The notes under the pieces are model-generated. The model worked only from the letters and a program-made list of their open reading frames with translations, was not told the DNA's origin and did no database searches. Made by a program: the position numbers and the translations under genes. Source: an uncultured Thermoleophilia bacterium (GTDB taxonomy: Bacteria > Actinomycetota > Thermoleophilia > UBA2241). Taken from it: DNA of 64,000 bases. Shown piece by piece: positions 1 through 11,102 of this stretch (its first letter is position 1; each line of letters opens with the position of its first letter). Location of the stretch: the NCBI GenBank assembly GCA_963715985.1, contig CAVQSP010000021.1, forward strand, positions 32,001-96,000, in the 5' to 3' direction.

Positions 1-13
1 GCTCGCTCTGTAC

Positions 14-1312
14 GTGATGGTCGTACAGGGCCGCACGGACGGCCCGACCATCACCGTGGTGTGCTTCTGCATGCTGGGCGGGGCGGGGCTGATCGCCTTG
101 GCGTACCTCTTCAAGCGTGTGGACGAGATGTACGAGACGGAACGCGTCACCACGGCGCGCCTCGGGTCGCTGGCCGTGCAGCTGCAGACCCTGCAGGAAG
201 GCGTGGTGCTGGATCCGGAGCGCCCTGTCTCCGACCTGCTGGGTCACGTCATCGAGCAGGCCGGCCAGCTGCTGGGCAGCGACGGCTGCTGCCTGTACCG
301 GCTGGACCAGGACAGCGGAGCGCTCATCGTGGCGGCGTCGGCCGGCGCCACTCCGCCGGCGGAGCGGAGGGACGCCGTTGGCAGCGACCGCGATCCGGTC
401 GCACGCGCCCTCGGCGAGAGGCGCCCGGTCGTGGTGAGTGCCGAACGCGGGTCCGGCGCTGCCCGCGGCGGCGGGGGTACCGGCGGCGCCGCGGCCGAAG
501 ACGATGCGGGCGCCCTGCTGGCCGTGCCCCTGCTGGTGCGCGATCACCCGTATGGCGTCCTCGCCCTGTCATACCTCGAGCCGCGCGTGTTCACGGACGT
601 CGACGTGCGCCTGGCGGCGTCTTTCGGCGGCCAAGCCGCACTCGCCATCGAGAACGCGCGGCTGCGCGCCGAAGTGGAACAGAACGCCGTGGCCAGCGAG
701 CGCTCGCGTCTCGCGCGCGACCTGCACGACTCGGTCACGCAGTCGCTGTTCGCCGCAAGCCTCAAGGCGGAGGCCGTGCGCCGCCGCTGGGACCCGCCGT
801 CGGCGGAGGCGCGGCGCGACGTGGAGGACGTCGAGCGGCTCACGCGCGGCGCCCTCGCCGAGATGCGCTCCCTGCTTCTCGAGATGCGCCCGCAGACCTT
901 GGCAGACGCCTCGCTCGGCGTGCTGCTTGAGCATCTGGTGGCGGCCGCCGAAGGCCGTATGCTCATCGACGTGGAGCTCACGGTGTCCGGCACGTGCGAC
1001 CTGCCGCCGGACGTCACCGTCGCCCTGTACCGCATCGCGCAGGAGGCCATCAACAACGTGGAGCGGCACTCCGGGACCACCGCCGCTTGGGTCAGGCTCG
1101 ACTCTTCGGAAGAGGGTGTGCGGCTGCAGGTCGGCGACGACGGCGAGGGCTTCGACATCGGCTACAAGCGACCGGGCCACCTCGGACTCGATATCATGCG
1201 CGAGCGGGCGGACGCCGCCGGCGTGAGGCTGGCCGTCGACAGTGCCGGGGGCAGTGGCACGCTGGTGACTGCCCAGTGGGACTGCACACAGACGGAGGGG
1301 GATGCGGGATGA
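14..1312 (+). CDS. GAF-domain sensor histidine kinase (HisKA_3/NarX-like); may begin before the window
   Basis: GAF motif (LLAVPL...YGVLAL...QAALAIENARL), H-box ERSRLARDLHDSVTQ, RIAQEAINNVERHS, DDGEGFD, GHLGL. Confidence 0.9.
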   Translation: MMVVQGRTDGPTITVVCFCMLGGAGLIALAYLFKRVDEMYETERVTTARLGSLAVQLQTLQEGVVLDPERPVSDLLGHVIEQAGQLLGSDGCCLYRLDQDSGALIVAASAGATPPAERRDAVGSDRDPVARALGERRPVVVSAERGSGAARGGGGTGGAAAEDDAGALLAVPLLVRDHPYGVLALSYLEPRVFTDVDVRLAASFGGQAALAIENARLRAEVEQNAVASERSRLARDLHDSVTQSLFAASLKAEAVRRRWDPPSAEARRDVEDVERLTRGALAEMRSLLLEMRPQTLADASLGVLLEHLVAAAEGRMLIDVELTVSGTCDLPPDVTVALYRIAQEAINNVERHSGTTAAWVRLDSSEEGVRLQVGDDGEGFDIGYKRPGHLGLDIMRERADAAGVRLAVDSAGGSGTLVTAQWDCTQTEGDAG

Positions 1313-1956
1313 GAACGGACGCCGAAGCCGCGGTCATCACGGTGGTCATCGTCGACGACCATCTGCTGGTGCGCAGCGGCCTGGAGACCGTGCTCACGCT
1401 CTTCGACGACATCCGCCTGGTCGCCGAGGCGGACAGCGGCGCCGACGCCGTCGCCGTGTGCCGTCGCGAGCAGCCGGACGTCGTGCTCATGGACCTCATG
1501 ATGCCGGACATGAACGGCGTGGAGGCCACGAGGCGGGTGCTGGAGGCGTGCCCTCACACCCGGGTCGTGGCCCTTACGAGCTTCACCGACGAGGGCCTCA
1601 TCGAGGAGACGCTGCGCGCCGGCGCCATCGGCTACCTGATGAAGAACGTCTCGGCCGACCAGCTCGCGGACGCCATCCGCGCCGCGCACGCCGGGCGCTC
1701 GACACTCGCGCCGGAGGCGGCCGACGTGCTGGTGCGCGCCGTCTCCGCGCCCAAAGGCACCGGCGACAACCTCTCGCAGCGCGAGCGCGAGGTGCTCGTG
1801 CTCATGGCCGAGGGCCTCACCAATGCCGACATTGCCGGCCGCCTGGTCATCGGCGTCTCCACCGTGAAGACGCATATGAGCAGCATCATCGCCAAGCTCG
1901 GTGTGGCCACGCGCACGGAGGCCTGCAGCGTGGCCATCCGGCGCGGGCTGGTCTGA
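1309..1956 (+). CDS. NarL/LuxR-family response regulator
   Basis: ATGA overlap with the kinase stop; VDDH..., DVVLMDLMMP receiver; LSQREREVL...TVKTHMSSI LuxR HTH. Confidence 0.93.
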   Translation: MRTDAEAAVITVVIVDDHLLVRSGLETVLTLFDDIRLVAEADSGADAVAVCRREQPDVVLMDLMMPDMNGVEATRRVLEACPHTRVVALTSFTDEGLIEETLRAGAIGYLMKNVSADQLADAIRAAHAGRSTLAPEAADVLVRAVSAPKGTGDNLSQREREVLVLMAEGLTNADIAGRLVIGVSTVKTHMSSIIAKLGVATRTEACSVAIRRGLV

Positions 1957-1962
1957 GGCGTC

Positions 1963-1990
1963 CACGCGGCGCCGGGGACGGCGCCGCGTG
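1963..1990 (+). terminator. GC-rich hairpin after the response regulator
   Basis: cacgcggcgcc-ggggac-ggcgccgcgtg inverted repeat just after the stop. Confidence 0.5.
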
Positions 1991-2133
1991 AGGCGGCGTC
2001 ACACGGGACCGGCGCCGGTTACCGCTCTGTAGCCCGCCGACAATCGCCAGGGAATCTGAGCCCTTCATCCTGTGGGTCGACGGCTGCGCGCCCCCGCGCG
2101 GCCGGAACGAGTCCACAAGGCAAGGAGATCAGC

Positions 2134-2714
2134 ATGAAGGGCAACAGGAGCAAGTGGGGATTCGTCATCGTGGGCGCCGTCGCGGCGCTCACGCTCGGCG
2201 TGATCGGCGTGGCCGGCGCCACCAGCAACACGACGGCGACGCCGGTGCCGAGCGCGTCCGCCCAGGCCGGCGAGGCGCACGTCCCCGGCGGTGGCGGCGA
2301 CGGCGGCCCGGCGGCCACCGCGGCGACGGCCACCACGGCGGCTTCGGCGGCATCGGCGACATCCCCGAGGCTCTGGCCACGCTGACCGGCACCGACGAGG
2401 CGGCGATCATGCAGCAGCGTGCCGCCGGCACGAGCTTCCTCGAGATCGCCAAGGCCAAAGGCATCACCGAGGCACAGGTCATCGCCGAGGTCACGAAGAT
2501 CGAGACCGCCGAGCTCGACGCGGCCGTCAAGGCCGGCCAGATCACCGAGGCGCAGCGCACGCAGTACCTCTCCGCCCTGCCGGCGAGCATCAAGCAGGCG
2601 CTGACCGACACGCAGGCCATGCCGGCTCACGGCCCGGACGGCGACGGGAAGAGCGGCAGCGACACGAGCGCAAGCCCTTCGACGAGCGCTACGACGACGT
2701 ACCAGACGTACTGA
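2134..2714 (+). CDS. Secreted protein with signal peptide (one frameshift near 2290-2330)
   Basis: aaggag RBS; signal peptide in ORF 2134..2385 continues in the frame of ORF 2154..2714 (GTSFLEIAKAKGIT...AVKAGQITEAQ). Confidence 0.7.
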
Positions 2715-2756
2715 GACGCTGACGGCGGCCGCGGCCGCCGACAGATCTGCCGGGCC

Positions 2757-2785
2757 GGGGGCGGCGCCTGGACAGGCGCCGCCCC
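2757..2785 (+). terminator. Hairpin downstream of the secreted protein gene
   Basis: ggggcggcgcctg-ga-caggcgccgcccc inverted repeat. Confidence 0.5.
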
Positions 2786-2954
2786 TCGCTCGTAGTGGTA
2801 TGCCGCCACCTGCTCCGGACATCCTTCGAACGGCTGACCTGAGAATCAGTCTAGAGGATGGCAGGTTGCTCCATCTTCCGCACGATGCCGGGCGCTCTTC
2901 CGGCTGCTTGAATGGAGTCTGGGAAACCGTGACGCCGCACAGGGGGAGGCGCAG

Positions 2955-3395
2955 GTGCTCGGACACATCCTCGTGGCCTCCGAGGGGGCAGAGTCACGTG
3001 GCGCAGCCGTCGTCGTCGCGCACCTCGTGGAGGGGTACTCGGCGCCGGTCGAGGTCGTGGTCCTGCACATCAACGAGGTGGAGTACGAGGCCGCGGCTCC
3101 CGACCGCGAGGCCAGCGACGTCCATCCCGAGGCGCGAGTCCAGGTCAACGAGCTCGTCGAGGAGTTTCGCGCGCTCGGCGTGAACGCCACGGGCGCGGTG
3201 CGCGGCGGGCTCTACGACTCCGTTGCCGAAGACATCGTCGCCGAGGCCCGCGAGCGGGGCTCCGACCTCATCGTCGTCGGCTGCAAGGGCCGCGGCGGCC
3301 TGAAGGCGCTGCTCGTGGGCAGCGTGTCCCAGGCAGTGATCCGGCTCGCCGAGTGTCCTGTGCTCGTGCTCAACGCGCCCGCTTCCGGGGACTGA
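2955..3395 (+). CDS. Universal stress protein
   Basis: HILVASEG..., [35 protein letters not shown]. Confidence 0.92.
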   Translation: MLGHILVASEGAESRGAAVVVAHLVEGYSAPVEVVVLHINEVEYEAAAPDREASDVHPEARVQVNELVEEFRALGVNATGAVRGGLYDSVAEDIVAEARERGSDLIVVGCKGRGGLKALLVGSVSQAVIRLAECPVLVLNAPASGD

Positions 3396-3415
3396 GCGGG
3401 CCGGGCGGCTAGCGC

Positions 3416-5659
3416 ATGGCGCGACGCAAACGGAGGGACGGACAGGCCCTGCACCGGGTGCTCGGCGTCGGGGCGCTGTTCAGCACCGCCTACGGCAACG
3501 TCGGCTCCTCGATCTACTACGCGCTCGGCGTGGTCGCCGCTGCCGCGCTGGGGCTCACGCCGCTGGTCTTCGTCATCACCGGCGTGCTCTTCATCGCCAC
3601 CGCCTGGTCCTACTCCGAGGCTACGGCAGCCATGCCTGAGGCGGGAGGCGCGTCCAGCTTCGCGCGACGCGCCTTCAACGAGTACGTGAGCTTCGGTATC
3701 GGCTGGGGCCAGATGCTGGTGTACACGGCCACCATCGCCATCTCAGCCCTCTTCGTTCCCCAGTACCTTTCCATCTTCTGGCCCATCCTTCGCCAGTGGC
3801 CGTACAACACCATCGGCGGCGCCATCACCATCATCGTTCTGGTGGTCATCAACGTGGTCGGCATCAAGGAGGCGGCGCGCCTCAACATCCTCCTCGCCGT
3901 CCTGGACCTGGGCACCCAGGTGTTGATCATGATCATCGCTCTCGTCCTGCTGCTGGAGCCCAAGATCCTCATCGACCAGATCCAGTGGGGCATCGCCCCT
4001 ACGTGGCAGCAGTTCCTGTACGGCCTCGCCATCGGCACCGTCGCGTACACCGGCATAGAGACCATCTCCAACATGGCGGAGGAGGCGACGCGGCCGGCCA
4101 AGGACGTACCCCGCTCCATCAACCTCGTCATCGCCGCCGTGCTCATCGTGTACATCGGCATGCCGCTGGCCGCGCTCTCCGCCATGAAGGTGGGCTACAA
4201 CGAAGTGATCGTGAACCGCGCGACCGGTCTCACCCAGCCGGCGGACGTCTTGCCGGGGCAGATCAAGGGCACGTACGTGCTGAAGAGCGATCCGACGCAG
4301 ACGGTCTACGTGCCCGTCGTACAGCTCGCGGACGGGTCGGTCGTGATCCCGGCGCAAGACCCCACGGGCCCGGTGCAGAGCCTCGAGGGCGAGCTCGTCA
4401 CCAAGCTCCATGGCACTCAGCTAGGCAGCAACTACCTGGAGGACCCTGTCTTGGGAATGGTGCGCTTCCTGCCGGACAACCTGGCCTGGCTGCGCATGAT
4501 CCTCGGTCCGTGGGTGGGCATCCTCGCGGCAACCATCCTCTTCATCGCGACCAACGCCGGCCTGATAGGCGTGTCACGCCTGGCGTACTCGCTGGGGCAG
4601 CACAGACAGCTGCCTCGCGTGCTCGGGCACGTGCACCCCACGCGCATGACGCCGTACGTAGCCATCATCTTCTTCGGCTTCATCAGCCTCATCCTCGTGA
4701 CGCCGGGCAAGATCGGCCTGCTGGCGGACCTCTACGCCTTCGGGTCGATGATCTCGTTCACGGCGGCACACCTCTCCGTGATCGCGCTGCGGTACCGTGA
4801 GCCGGACCTCGAGCGGCCGTTCCGGGCCAAGCTGAACGTGCGCCTGTTCGGCGCCTCGGTGCCGTTGACGGCGGTCTTCGGCGCCATGGGCACGTTCTCC
4901 GTGTGGTGCGTCATCGTCTACTACCAGCCGCAGAGCCGCCTGATCGGCTTCGCGTGGATGACCGCCGGCCTCGTGGGCTACTACATCTACCGCAAGGCCA
5001 AGGGCTACTCGCTCACGCGCACCGTGTACTCCCCGGCCCTGCCCGCGTCCATGCAGGAGGACGTGGTGTACGACCAGCTGCTGGTCCCGCTGACGGGCAG
5101 CCAGGTGAGCGACGAGATGATGGTGCTCGCCTGCCAGCTGGCCACGGAGCGGAACTCGTCCATCGTCGGGCTGTACGTCATCGAGGTGCCCCTCAATCTG
5201 CCCATGGACGCGAAGCTCGCCCGGGAGAAGGCGCTGGCCGAGGATGTGCTGGCCGAGGCCATGCACGTGGCCGAGACGTTCGGCGTCAGGCTCACGCCGG
5301 CGCTGGCGACGGCGCGCTCCGCGGGGCGCGCGATCGTAGAAGAAGCCATCGCGCGCCGCTCCGAGGTCATCGTGCTCGGCTCACAGAGCAAGCGGCGTGT
5401 GGGCGATAAGGTCTTCGGGCGCACCATCGAGTACGTGCTCGAGCATCTGCCCTGCGAGGCGATCATCAACGTGGTTCCCCGGGGGACGGCAGGCGCGACC
5501 CTGGTGTCGTCAGCCGCGCGCCCGGCGGCGGCGGTTGCCGGCGGTGTACCCGCCGCCCCAGGCGCAGCAGCGGGCGCACTCCCCGCCGGACCGCCGACCG
5601 ACCTGCCCGCGGCGGCGAGCACAGCCACACCGGACGCCGCGGCCGGCACCTCGGCCTGA
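3416..5659 (+). CDS. APC-family amino acid/cation permease fused to a C-terminal USP domain
   Basis: [23 protein letters not shown], many TM helices; C-terminal LLVPLTG...[16 protein letters not shown]. Confidence 0.9.
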   Translation: MARRKRRDGQALHRVLGVGALFSTAYGNVGSSIYYALGVVAAAALGLTPLVFVITGVLFIATAWSYSEATAAMPEAGGASSFARRAFNEYVSFGIGWGQMLVYTATIAISALFVPQYLSIFWPILRQWPYNTIGGAITIIVLVVINVVGIKEAARLNILLAVLDLGTQVLIMIIALVLLLEPKILIDQIQWGIAPTWQQFLYGLAIGTVAYTGIETISNMAEEATRPAKDVPRSINLVIAAVLIVYIGMPLAALSAMKVGYNEVIVNRATGLTQPADVLPGQIKGTYVLKSDPTQTVYVPVVQLADGSVVIPAQDPTGPVQSLEGELVTKLHGTQLGSNYLEDPVLGMVRFLPDNLAWLRMILGPWVGILAATILFIATNAGLIGVSRLAYSLGQHRQLPRVLGHVHPTRMTPYVAIIFFGFISLILVTPGKIGLLADLYAFGSMISFTAAHLSVIALRYREPDLERPFRAKLNVRLFGASVPLTAVFGAMGTFSVWCVIVYYQPQSRLIGFAWMTAGLVGYYIYRKAKGYSLTRTVYSPALPASMQEDVVYDQLLVPLTGSQVSDEMMVLACQLATERNSSIVGLYVIEVPLNLPMDAKLAREKALAEDVLAEAMHVAETFGVRLTPALATARSAGRAIVEEAIARRSEVIVLGSQSKRRVGDKVFGRTIEYVLEHLPCEAIINVVPRGTAGATLVSSAARPAAAVAGGVPAAPGAAAGALPAGPPTDLPAAASTATPDAAAGTSA

Positions 5660-5704
5660 CGGCTGCTCACTTCCGGCGCTTCACTCCCGGCCGGTCGGCG
5701 CGGC

Positions 5705-5722
5705 TCTCAGCGCTTACTCAGC
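5705..5722 (+). promoter_or_regulatory. PhoP/MprA-type direct repeat upstream of the TetR gene
   Basis: tctcagc-gctt-actcagc, same 7-4-7 spacing as the boxes at 8336, 10943 and 10991. Confidence 0.5.
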
Positions 5723-5798
5723 GGGGGCGCAGCCGTGCCTCATGTGCGAGCGGTAGAACTGACTCGGACGTTCGCAGACCGAGGAACGGAGCATCACC

Positions 5799-6485
5799 AT
5801 GGCACTCACTCTGGAGCTCGAGCGAGGCGCACCGCGGCTCGACGAGGAGTTGCGCACGCTGCTCGCCACCGGTGAGGCGCGCACCGCTCATGCGGTGGCG
5901 CCCTCACCCGTCTCTTCTCGCACCGAGTCTCTGGCCGAGGCGCGTCAGCGCCGCCACATCGTCGTCGCTGCCCGCGAGCTGCTCGCCGTGGCCGACTACA
6001 GCGCCGTCGACTTCCACGCCGTGGCGCAGGCCGCCGGCGTACGGCCGGCCGACGTGCGCCGCCACTTCTCCTCGCGCATGGAGCTGACCGCGGCGACGCT
6101 CCGACTCCCGCCCGGTTTGAACAGCGCGACGCGGGCGCGCCTCAACGGCGCGCAGATGGTGGGGCGCTTTCTCGCCTTCTGGGAGGACGGCGACAACGCC
6201 CGCATCCTGCTGAACGTGCTGAGTGCCGCCACCCGCGACCGGCGCGTGGCGCGCGGGATCGAGGCGGGCCTGGAGGAAGCGCTGGTCCGCCCGCTTGCCG
6301 CCGGCCTGTGCACCCCCGACGCCTGCCCCAGAGCGCGCCTCGTCACGTCCGCCCTCATGGGCCTCGCCGTGTCCCGCTACGTCTTGCGCGAGGAGCCGCT
6401 GGCATCGGCCGACCACGCCACCGTGGCCGTCTGGATGGGCCCCTCCGTCGACTGCTACCTGCGCGGGGCGCTGGGCGCCGCCTGA
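5799..6485 (+). CDS. TetR-family transcriptional regulator
   Basis: IVVAARELL...VAQAAGV...VRRHF HTH; C-terminal LMGLAVSRYVLREEPLASAD typical of actinobacterial TetR_C. Confidence 0.8.
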   Translation: MALTLELERGAPRLDEELRTLLATGEARTAHAVAPSPVSSRTESLAEARQRRHIVVAARELLAVADYSAVDFHAVAQAAGVRPADVRRHFSSRMELTAATLRLPPGLNSATRARLNGAQMVGRFLAFWEDGDNARILLNVLSAATRDRRVARGIEAGLEEALVRPLAAGLCTPDACPRARLVTSALMGLAVSRYVLREEPLASADHATVAVWMGPSVDCYLRGALGAA

Positions 6486-6839
6486 GGACCGGAGGGCGCC
6501 CTCCCGGGCGCGCCCTCCGGGTTCGCGCGGCCCCTCCTCCACGCGTCTGGGTCACCCTCCGGCCGCGGACATCGTCCGCGGCCGTCCTGAATGGACTCCG
6601 AGCGCGGTCCCTCTCCGGGCTCTGCGTGGGGGCCGTCCGGCGCGGGGCGCGCCAGGAGCAGCTGGAGCAGGCTCGAACCCGTCGGGCTCATATGGTGCGC
6701 GCCGGAGGAGGCGGTCCTGAGTTCCTGCATGATCGCCGCAGCAGAGTGGTCAGCCTCCACGACGCGCTGCCCGTGCACGCGCCGGCGGTGTCATCGCATC
6801 CCGGACGCGCCACGTCATGGCAGCTGACGGGTGCGAAGG

Positions 6840-6889
6840 GTGCGGACGCCCGCGTGGGTGTGCGGACGCCTCGCGTGGGTGTGCGGACG
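6840..6889. repeat. Short 20-21 bp tandem repeat (about 2.5 copies)
   Basis: gtgcggacgcc(t)cgcgtgggt repeated. Confidence 0.8.
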
Positions 6890-6928
6890 ATAGCCTCCGA
6901 GCGCATGTGCAGTGGGGGCGGCGACAGC

Positions 6929-8314
6929 TCAGGCGCGGCGGGCGCGGAAGGCCCAGTGCTGCGAGAGCAGGTAGTTCACGCTCAGGGAAGCGGCGATGGC
7001 CGCCAGCTCGATGGCGTTGAGCGCCAGGGTGCGCGGCGCGGTGCCGGCGAGGCCGGACGACGTCAGCACTGCCTCGCCGGTGATCACGATGAGCTCGCTG
7101 ATCCCGAAGGCCAGGGCATTCGTGAGGGCGAAGCGCGCCAGCACCCGGCCGGTCTGCAGGCCGCGCCGGTCGGCGAAGGTCCAGGCGCGGTTGAGGAAGT
7201 ACGAGTTGACGAAGCCGGCCGTCCAGCCGGCCAGGTTGGCCGCCGCGGACGGCGCCCCCAACCATGTGGCCAGGAGGTTGAACACCGCGAACGTGACCGC
7301 GGTGTTGACGACGCCCACCGCGGCGAACTTCAGGAAGCGGCGGTGGCGGTGCACGAGGTAGCGGAGGCGATCACGCCCGCCTGCCAAGCGGTCGCGGAGG
7401 CGGGCATGCACACCTCCTCGGGCCGGCCCGGCCGCGAGAGCCGAGGGAGTCTCGCGGCGCAGGCCGGCCGAAAGAGGGAGCTGGTCGCGGCCCGCCCAGC
7501 GCGAGCGGATCAGACGCCAGGTGCCCTTGAGGTCGTCGATCGCGGTGCGGACGATGTCGACGCGCGAGTCGGGGTCGTCCACCCAGTCGACGGGCACCTC
7601 ATGGATGCGCAGTCTGTTGCGCTCGGCGAGCACGAGCAGCTCCGTGTCGAAGAACCACTGGTCGTCGGCCACGTGCGGCACCAGGGTGCGGGCCACGTCG
7701 CGGGTCACGGCCTTGAAGCCGCACTGCGCGTCCGAGAAGCGGTTGTGCAGGGCGACCTTGAGGATGAGGTTGTAGCAGCGAGAGATGACCTCGCGCTTGG
7801 CGCCGCGCTCCACGCGGGCGCTGTGTGCGAGGCGGCTTCCGATGGCCACGTCGCTGTGGCCCGAGAGCAGCGGGGCCACGAGCGGAAGCAGGGCACGCAG
7901 GTCGGTGGCCAGGTCCACGTCCATGTAGGCCACCACGTCGGCGTCGCTGCCCGTCCACACGGTGCGCAGTGCGCGACCGCGTCCCTTCCGGGAGAGGTGG
8001 ACGGCGCGCACGCCGGGGACGTCACGCTCGAGGCGGCGCGCGATCTGCCAGGTGCCGTCGGTGCTGGCGTTGTCGGCGATGGTGACCACGGCGGCGAAGG
8101 GGAACTCCTCGTCGAGGTAGCCGCGCAGGCGGCGCACGCTGCGCTCAAGGTCGTCCTGCTCGTTGTAGACAGGGATCACGATCTCGACCATGGGGCGACG
8201 CGGCGCACGAGGGAAGTCCCGGTTCTCGTGCGCCGCGCCGGGAGCAACGGCCGGGCGCCTAGGGGTAGCGGTCGCCGGCTCGTGAGGGGGCGCTATGAGG
8301 GCCGCCGTCTTCAT
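6929..8314 (-). CDS. GT2 polyprenol-phosphate glycosyltransferase fused to a GtrA flippase
   Basis: IVIPVYNE, ADNASTDGT, YMDVDL, DAQCGFK, FFDTELL; C-terminal FLKFAAVG...SYFLNRAWTF GtrA domain. Confidence 0.92.
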   Translation of the reverse strand: MKTAALIAPPHEPATATPRRPAVAPGAAHENRDFPRAPRRPMVEIVIPVYNEQDDLERSVRRLRGYLDEEFPFAAVVTIADNASTDGTWQIARRLERDVPGVRAVHLSRKGRGRALRTVWTGSDADVVAYMDVDLATDLRALLPLVAPLLSGHSDVAIGSRLAHSARVERGAKREVISRCYNLILKVALHNRFSDAQCGFKAVTRDVARTLVPHVADDQWFFDTELLVLAERNRLRIHEVPVDWVDDPDSRVDIVRTAIDDLKGTWRLIRSRWAGRDQLPLSAGLRRETPSALAAGPARGGVHARLRDRLAGGRDRLRYLVHRHRRFLKFAAVGVVNTAVTFAVFNLLATWLGAPSAAANLAGWTAGFVNSYFLNRAWTFADRRGLQTGRVLARFALTNALAFGISELIVITGEAVLTSSGLAGTAPRTLALNAIELAAIAASLSVNYLLSQHWAFRARRA

Positions 8315-8335
8315 GACCACAGTCTCGCCCCGGCA

Positions 8336-8364
8336 CTTGAACGCGCGCTGAGAGCCGGCCGGGG
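8336..8364 (-). promoter_or_regulatory. PhoP-type direct repeats upstream of GT2-GtrA
   Basis: minus strand ccccggc-cggc-tctcagc-gcgc-gttcaag, closely matching the site at 10991-11019. Confidence 0.55.
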
Positions 8365-8522
8365 GTTTCAGCAGAATGCGGGCCGTGCCAGGGATCGAGG
8401 AGTCGCGGTGGACCGGAGGACAGTGCCGACGTGCGCCGCGGAGGCGAGCCGTACCGGCGTTGATGGAGGGCGCGCGAGGCGGGCTGAAACGGGTGCAGGG
8501 CGCGCGAGCCGCGCCGGGCGGA

Positions 8523-10171
8523 TCAGGCAGGGGCGCTTTGGCCGGGCGCGGCCGCAGGCTCTCGCCCGGCCGCAGGCTCTCGCCCGGCCCCCTCCTCCGG
8601 GTGTGTGGCGTCGTCGGCGAGTCGCGGCAGGCGCACGGTGAACACGGCGCCGCCGCTCGCGGCGGGGGCGGCGCGTACGGTGCCTCCGTGTGCCGCGACG
8701 ATGGCGGCCACGATGGACAGCCCCAGGCCCGCGCCGCCGTGAGCGCGCGAGCGGGACGGGTCGGCGCGGTAGAAGCGCTCGAAGACGCGCTCGGCCTGCT
8801 CCGGCGTGAGGCCCGGGCCGTCGTCGGCCACCTCGATCACGGCGAGGTCGTCCTCGGTGCGCAGCGTGACGACGGTGGTGGTGCCGGCCGGCGTGTGGGC
8901 GCGCACGTTGCCGAGCAGGTTGCCCACCACCTGGCGCAGCTTCTCGCGGTCGCCACACACCTCGATGGGCTCCCCAGCTTTGAGCGTCACCGGCCACTCC
9001 GGCCCCAGTGTGGTGGCAGTGTGGACCGCGTCGGCCACCAGCGCCACCAGCTCCGTGGGCTCGCAGGCCATCGGACGGCCTTCGTCGAGGCGTGCGAGCA
9101 GCAGCAGGTCCTGCACCAGCGTGCCCATGCGTGCGGTCTCGTCGCGGATGCTGCCCACGACGCGGGTGAAGTCCTTCTCGTCTTGCACCGCGCCGCTGTC
9201 CAGCAGCTCCGCGTAGGCCGACACGGCCGCGAGCGGCGTGCGCAGCTCGTGCGAGGCGTCGGCCACGAAGCGCCGCATGTGGTCCTCGGACTCGCGCAGC
9301 TCGGCCTCGGTGGCGTCCCGTTCGGCGAACGCGCTCTGGATGCGGCCCAGCATCGTGTTGAGCACGGTGGCCAGACGTCCGACCTCGGTGCGCGGGTTGT
9401 CCACGGGGACGCGTAGGTCGAGCTCGCCGGCGGCGATGGCCTCGGCGGTCCGCTCCACGTCGCCGAGAGGGCGCAGGCCGACGCGCACCAGCCACCAACC
9501 CAGCAGGATCGCCGCCGCCAGCGCTGCCAGCGTGACGAGCGCCTCGACCACGAGCAGCCGGTTGAGCGTGGCATACGTGTTGTTCAGAGGTGTGGCGACG
9601 ATCAGCTGCTCTCCGGTCGGGAAGCAGCGACGGCGCGCACGCGGAAGTGCGGTCCGCCCTTCTCCACGGCGGTCGTCGTGAAGAACACGCCGGGAGGCTC
9701 GTCCGGCGGCACGCCGGCACCGGGCGATGGCAGGGCCGTGGGCAGCGAGACGGCGGTGAGCCCCTCGATGGTCGCCGGCAGCTTGGGCGTGTACGTCGTG
9801 CCGCCGGGCATGGCGGCCGGCTGCACCTGGCCGGACACCGGCGTGCCGTCGGCCGCCCGCACCTGGACGAAGGTGCCGGGGGCGATGTTCATCAGCGTGT
9901 CGGGGAGTCGCGGCTGCGAGGCGGCGACCGCCGTGGCGGTGGTCTCGCCTGCGCCCGGGGCGCCGCCTGTCGCGCTCCCGGTCGCGGCGGTCGAACCCGG
10001 CGGCGGCCCGGCGATGGCGCGCCCCACGGCGCGCTGCATCAGAGTGAGGGTCTCGTCCGCGCGCGTGAAGAGCGAGGAGCGCAGCGAGTAGTACGTGGCC
10101 ACGTCGGCCGCCAGGAGGGCGACCAGGGCCACGGCCCCGACGGCCAGCAGCAGGCGTGTGCGCAGGGACAC
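8523..10171 (-). CDS. PhoR-like HAMP sensor histidine kinase (frameshift near 9630)
   Basis: N-terminus in ORF 9602..10171 (MSLRTRLL + TM); C-terminus FVADASHELRTPL, NLLGNVRAHTP, ADDGPG, GAGLGLSIV. Confidence 0.88.
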
Positions 10172-10882
10172 TCAGGCTCCGGCGTCGCTGTCGTCGCGCA
10201 GGATGTACCCGACGAGGCGGATGGTGTGGATGAGCGGCGGGCCGTGCTTGTCGAGCTTGCGCCGCAGGTAGCCGACGTAGGTCTCCACCACGTTGCCGTC
10301 GCCGCCGAAGTCGTAGTGCCACACGTGGTCCAGGATCTGCGCCTTGCTGAGCACCTGGCGCGGGTTGACCATGAAGAAACGCAGCACGTTGAACTCGGTC
10401 GCGGTGAGCTGGATGGGGTGGCCGGCGCGGCGCACCTCGTGGGCGTTGTCGTCCAGCTCCACGTCGGCGAAGCGCAGGATGCCGTCGTCGTTCTGGTCGC
10501 CGTGCACGCGCCGCAGGATGGCCCGGGTGCGGGCGACGATCTCGGCGAGGGCGAAGGGCTTGGTGACGTAGTCGTCGCCGCCCACGGTGAGCCCGGCGAT
10601 CTTGTCCTCGACCGCGTCGCGCGCGGTGAGGAACAGGACTGGGGTGTGCACGCCGCGGGCGCGCAGGCGGCGTGTGACCTCGAGCCCGTCGAAGTCCGGC
10701 AGCATCACGTCCAGGATGATGAGGTCCGGCGGGTGCTCCTCCACTGCGACGAGTGCCGCCCTGCCGGTGACGGCTTCGTCCACCTCGAATCCTTCGTACC
10801 GCAGGGACATGCCCACGGCATCCACGATCGAGGGCTCGTCGTCCACCACGAGGATGCGTTGTTTGGCCGTGCTCTTGCCCAT
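10172..10882 (-). CDS. OmpR/PhoP-family response regulator
   Basis: LVVDDEP, LDVMLP, DDYVTKPF, ILDHVWHYDFGGDGNVVETYVGYLRRKL (resembles actinobacterial PhoP/TcrX). Confidence 0.95.
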   Translation of the reverse strand: MGKSTAKQRILVVDDEPSIVDAVGMSLRYEGFEVDEAVTGRAALVAVEEHPPDLIILDVMLPDFDGLEVTRRLRARGVHTPVLFLTARDAVEDKIAGLTVGGDDYVTKPFALAEIVARTRAILRRVHGDQNDDGILRFADVELDDNAHEVRRAGHPIQLTATEFNVLRFFMVNPRQVLSKAQILDHVWHYDFGGDGNVVETYVGYLRRKLDKHGPPLIHTIRLVGYILRDDSDAGA

Positions 10883-10942
10883 CGGGCCACCTCCTGTCGC
10901 GCGCCATTCTCACAGGAAACGCTGGGCTCCGGCAGGGGGTCA

Positions 10943-10960
10943 GCTGTGAGCCGGCTGTGA
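10943..10960 (-). promoter_or_regulatory. Perfect PhoP-type box (probable autoregulation)
   Basis: minus strand TCACAGC-CGGC-TCACAGC, about 60 bp upstream of the regulator start. Confidence 0.75.
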
Positions 10961-10990
10961 ATCGCGGAACCAAGTGACGTCTCCGCGACC

Positions 10991-11019
10991 TCTCGGCCGG
11001 CTCACAGCGGGCGTTCAGG
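10991..11019 (+). promoter_or_regulatory. PhoP-type triple repeat upstream of the ArnT/GT39-like gene
   Basis: tctcggc-cggc-tcacagc-gggc-gttcagg. Confidence 0.6.
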
Positions 11020-11102
11020 AGCCGCGCGCATCCTGCCTGTAGCGACATGCCATCAGGAGGGCGGCGGCGGAGCGTCACCGCCCGTGATCGAGGAGTCAGG
11101 CC

